Part shown: positions 34,310 through 36,336 of the stretch, piece after piece | Layout of the letters: every line of letters begins with the position of its first letter | How positions within the stretch are numbered: the first letter of the stretch is position 1 | NCBI RefSeq assembly: GCF_020103725.1 | Contig: NZ_JAHXBG010000030.1 | Span: 1 to 36,336 of the forward strand | Direction: 5' to 3' | Length of the DNA stretch: 36,336 nucleotides | DNA from: Hyalangium gracile | GTDB lineage: Bacteria > Myxococcota > Myxococcia > Myxococcales > Myxococcaceae | Made by a program: the position numbers and the translations under genes | Notes under the pieces: generated by a model | Told to the model about the DNA's origin: nothing | What the model saw: the letters and a program-made list of their open reading frames with translations, nothing else | The model's database searches: none

Positions 34310-34876
34310 CTACGGGCCGCGCACCGCGGCCCACAGCGACAGCGCACCGAACACGAAGAAGAGCGAGGCGGCCACCCACCGCAGCGCCTTCGTCTGCACC
34401 CGTCCGGCGAGCCTGTCGCCCAGGAACACCGCCAGCCCGTCCGAGAAGAGCATCCCCAGGGTGGTCCCCACCGTCACCTGCAGCACGCTCAGGTAGCGCG
34501 CCGCGAGCGCCACCGTGGCCAGCTGCGTCTTGTCTCCCATCTCCGCCAGGAAGAAGAGGACGGTGGTGGTGAGGAAGGCGCCGAAGCGCGGCGGCTTCTC
34601 CGCGTCCTCGTGCGTGTCCGGCTTGAGCGTCCACAGCCCGAAGCCGATGAAGGTGACGGCGAGGATGCCCGCCATCACCCGTGCGGGCACGTGCGCGGAC
34701 ACCCAGCTGCCCACGCTGGAGGCCAGCGCATGGTTGGCCAGCGTGGCCACGAGGATGCCCGCCATCACCGTCCACGGCTTGCGGAACCGCGTGACGAGCG
34801 AGAACGCGAGCAGCTGCGTCTTGTCGCCCATCTCACTGGCGGCCACGAGGAGGAAAGAGCTCACCACCGCTTCCAT
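34310..34876 (-). CDS. GDT1/TMEM165 (UPF0016) family putative Ca2+/Mn2+:H+ exchanger
   Basis: Two copies of the signature E-x-G-D-K-T motif (EMGDKTQ twice) within paired 3-TM halves. I place the start at ATG 34876 (MEAVVSSFLL...) rather than the upstream ATG at 34930, which adds a non-homologous 18 aa. Confidence 0.75.
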   Translation of the reverse strand: MEAVVSSFLLVAASEMGDKTQLLAFSLVTRFRKPWTVMAGILVATLANHALASSVGSWVSAHVPARVMAGILAVTFIGFGLWTLKPDTHEDAEKPPRFGAFLTTTVLFFLAEMGDKTQLATVALAARYLSVLQVTVGTTLGMLFSDGLAVFLGDRLAGRVQTKALRWVAASLFFVFGALSLWAAVRGP

Positions 34877-35112
34877 CACGACACTCCGAGTCTGCGGCCG
34901 AGGTGTCGTGGGAGCCTGCTGCGCACGCACGAGCCTCGGCCAGGTTTCCCTGTCCGAAGGTCTCGTTCGCCTCGCGCCGCGAGGTGAGGGCCCGGGCTGT
35001 CACCAGCCAGTGTGTCGAGCGCCCCGACGTCGATTGAATCCGACGTGAACTACTCCCCTTACTGGAGACGCCAACTATCAGTCCTGCGCCGGGGCTGCAA
35101 CAGGCAACGCGG

Positions 35113-35604
35113 CTAGCGCTTGCGCGAGAACCAGCCCATCAGCGCCTCGAGCTCCCGCCGGTCCACCTCGTCGAAGGTGGCCTTGTGCTCCGAGTCGATG
35201 TCCAGCACGGCGATGAGCTCCCGCGTCGGCCCGAACACCGGGACGACGATCTCCGACTGCGAGCGCCCGTCACAGGTGATGTGCCCCGGGAACGCGTGCA
35301 CGTCCGGCACCACCACCGTCTCGCGGGTGGCCGCCGCCGCGCCGCACACGCCCTTGCCGAACTTGATCTCCAGGCACCCCAGCGTCCCCTGGTACGGGCC
35401 CACCCGCAGCAGCTTCCCGGGCTGCACCACCCGGTAGAAGCCCGTCCACAGGTGCCCGAAGGCGTGGTGCAGCAGGCAGCTCATGGTGGACATGGCGGCG
35501 ATCTCGTCGTCGATGCCCTCCAGCACCGCCTCGACGTGCCGCTTCAGCTCGCCGTAGGCCTCCGCCTTGGGCGTGCCGCGCAGATCCAGGGTGACTTCGG
35601 CCAT
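35113..35604 (-). CDS. GAF-domain free methionine-(R)-sulfoxide reductase (fRMsr/MsrC-like)
   Basis: 163 aa single GAF domain. Three Cys (GCLEIKFGKGVCG...HITCDGRSQSEIVVPV) sit at the positions of the catalytic and resolving Cys of fRMsr. Confidence 0.7.
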   Translation of the reverse strand: MAEVTLDLRGTPKAEAYGELKRHVEAVLEGIDDEIAAMSTMSCLLHHAFGHLWTGFYRVVQPGKLLRVGPYQGTLGCLEIKFGKGVCGAAAATRETVVVPDVHAFPGHITCDGRSQSEIVVPVFGPTRELIAVLDIDSEHKATFDEVDRRELEALMGWFSRKR

Positions 35605-35638
35605 GGTGGAGTCCTCGTGGGATGCAGGTCATCGGCGC

Positions 35639-35668
35639 GGGAGCGCCGCTCGGGCGCCCCTTTTATCC
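35639..35668 (+). terminator. Plus-strand terminator-like element: GC-rich bulged hairpin followed by CCCCTTTTATCC
   Basis: Stem GGG-a-GCGCC / GGCGC-CCC at 35639-35660 followed by TTTTATCC at 35661-35668. No annotated plus-strand gene ends here, so its role is unclear. Confidence 0.3.
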
Positions 35669-35725
35669 GAAAACCCAGATGCGTCAGGTGGCACCCGGGT
35701 TTCAACGGAAACGTTCGGGAAAACC

Positions 35726-36336
35726 TCAGCTGGCGGCGTTCGCGGCAGGCGCCGTCGCAGGTTCGGCCTTCGGGGCGGCCTTCTCCGGCTTCTCCGCCTT
35801 GGCCAGCAACCCGTAGCGCTTCGCGGCGGACTCCAGGATGCGCCCCACCAGCTGCGTGAAGGACAGGCCCTTCTCCCGCGCCCCCAGCGCCAGCTCGCTC
35901 TTGTCCTCGAGGTACGGGTTGGGGTTCACCTCGAGGACGTACGGATCGCCCTCGTTCGAGATGCGCAGGTCGATGCGGGCGTAGTCCTGCAGCTTGAGGC
36001 CCCGGTAGGCGAGCAGGGCGGCGCGCTCGATGCGCTGGCGCAGCTCCGGCGAGAGGTTCCGGGCGATGACGAGCTTGGGCGAGCCCTCCGTCTCCGGGCC
36101 GAACTTCACCTCCCGGTCCGAGATGGTCGGCTTGTTCTTGTCCCAGTTGCCGAAGTCCAGCTCCACCACGGGGAGGATCTCCGGCATCTCCTTGGGGCCG
36201 ATGACGCCCACGTACACCTCGCGCCCCTCGATGAACTCCTCGGCGAGCGCCTCGTCCTGCAGCTCCTTGCGGATCTCCTGCACCCGCCGCGTCAGCTCCT
36301 CCCACGTCTTCACCAGCGACTTCTTCCCGATGCCGA
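35726..36336 (-). CDS. ATP-grasp enzyme of the D-alanine--D-alanine ligase family, 3' portion (N-terminus lies beyond the window end)
   Basis: The ORF is open to the window edge. The C-terminal ATP-grasp motifs read ARIDLRISNEGDPYVLEVNPNPYL. An unusual Ala/Lys/Pro-rich tail follows: AKAEKPEKAAPKAEPATAPAANAAS. Confidence 0.65.
   Translation of the reverse strand, partial: GIGKKSLVKTWEELTRRVQEIRKELQDEALAEEFIEGREVYVGVIGPKEMPEILPVVELDFGNWDKNKPTISDREVKFGPETEGSPKLVIARNLSPELRQRIERAALLAYRGLKLQDYARIDLRISNEGDPYVLEVNPNPYLEDKSELALGAREKGLSFTQLVGRILESAAKRYGLLAKAEKPEKAAPKAEPATAPAANAAS

Noticed and set aside
32451-34496. 681-aa plus-strand ORF, and the 627-aa minus ORF at 32464-34347
   Set aside because: Both are Arg/Gly-rich frames overlapping the EamA transporter (clear TM pattern) and psuG (collinear with E. 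coli YeiN). They are GC artefacts.
35689-35704. Sigma-54-like promoter motif TGGCAC-N5-TTTCA on the plus strand
   Set aside because: The -24 element is perfect, but the conserved GC of the -12 element (TTGCA) is broken (TTTCA). The orientation would also drive transcription antisense into the Ddl-like gene. I kept it as a note only, given that an EBP is encoded in the window.

Overview
This is a high-GC (about 68-70%) bacterial chromosomal window that looks myxobacterial (inference from codon usage and gene content). The first 17 kb (1-17030) are the universally conserved tuf / S10 / spc / alpha ribosomal-protein superoperon, all on the + strand. It runs from the 3' end of tuf through rpsJ, rplD, rplW, rplB, rpsS, rplV, rpsC, rplP, rpmC, rpsQ, rplN, rplX, rplE, rpsN, rpsH, rplF, rplR, rpsE, rpmD, rplO, secY, adk, map, infA, rpmJ, rpsM, rpsK, rpsD, rpoA to rplQ. 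Three things stand out in this core. rplC (L3) is absent from its canonical slot between rpsJ and rplD. The cluster carries three zinc-ribbon (C+) ribosomal proteins (L24, S14 type Z, L36) plus a Zn-lid adenylate kinase. Several intergenic spacers carry GC-rich hairpins that may be attenuators or autoregulatory operators. The remaining 19 kb (17030-36336) are accessory-like. A 33-nt-armed imperfect inverted repeat sits in the convergent zone after rplQ. A minus-strand operon encodes plsC-like acyltransferase, a TPR lipoprotein and a single-pass membrane protein. A deoxynucleoside kinase is translationally coupled to a 392-aa unknown protein. An FHA-domain sigma-54 enhancer-binding protein is followed 9 nt later by an AlkZ-like (HTH_42, Q-x-Q motif) DNA glycosylase. 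A 957-aa low-complexity Ala-rich protein has no signal peptide and an MGNSSSS N-terminus. Two tandem paralogous lipoproteins have Ig-like repeats and a PKD domain (PKD in the larger paralog only) and share a roughly 330-aa C-terminal beta-propeller-like domain that I cannot place in any known family. The window ends with an EamA transporter, psuG, a GDT1/UPF0016 cation exchanger, a GAF-type free Met-R-sulfoxide reductase and the 3' part of a Ddl-family ATP-grasp gene. I found no tRNA or rRNA genes, CRISPR arrays or evident mobile elements. The best candidates for a previously undescribed system are the lipoprotein pair with the shared novel C-terminal domain, the FHA-EBP / AlkZ-like / 957-aa block, and the dNK-unknown gene pair. 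Every functional assignment rests on reading motifs by eye and needs a database search to confirm.
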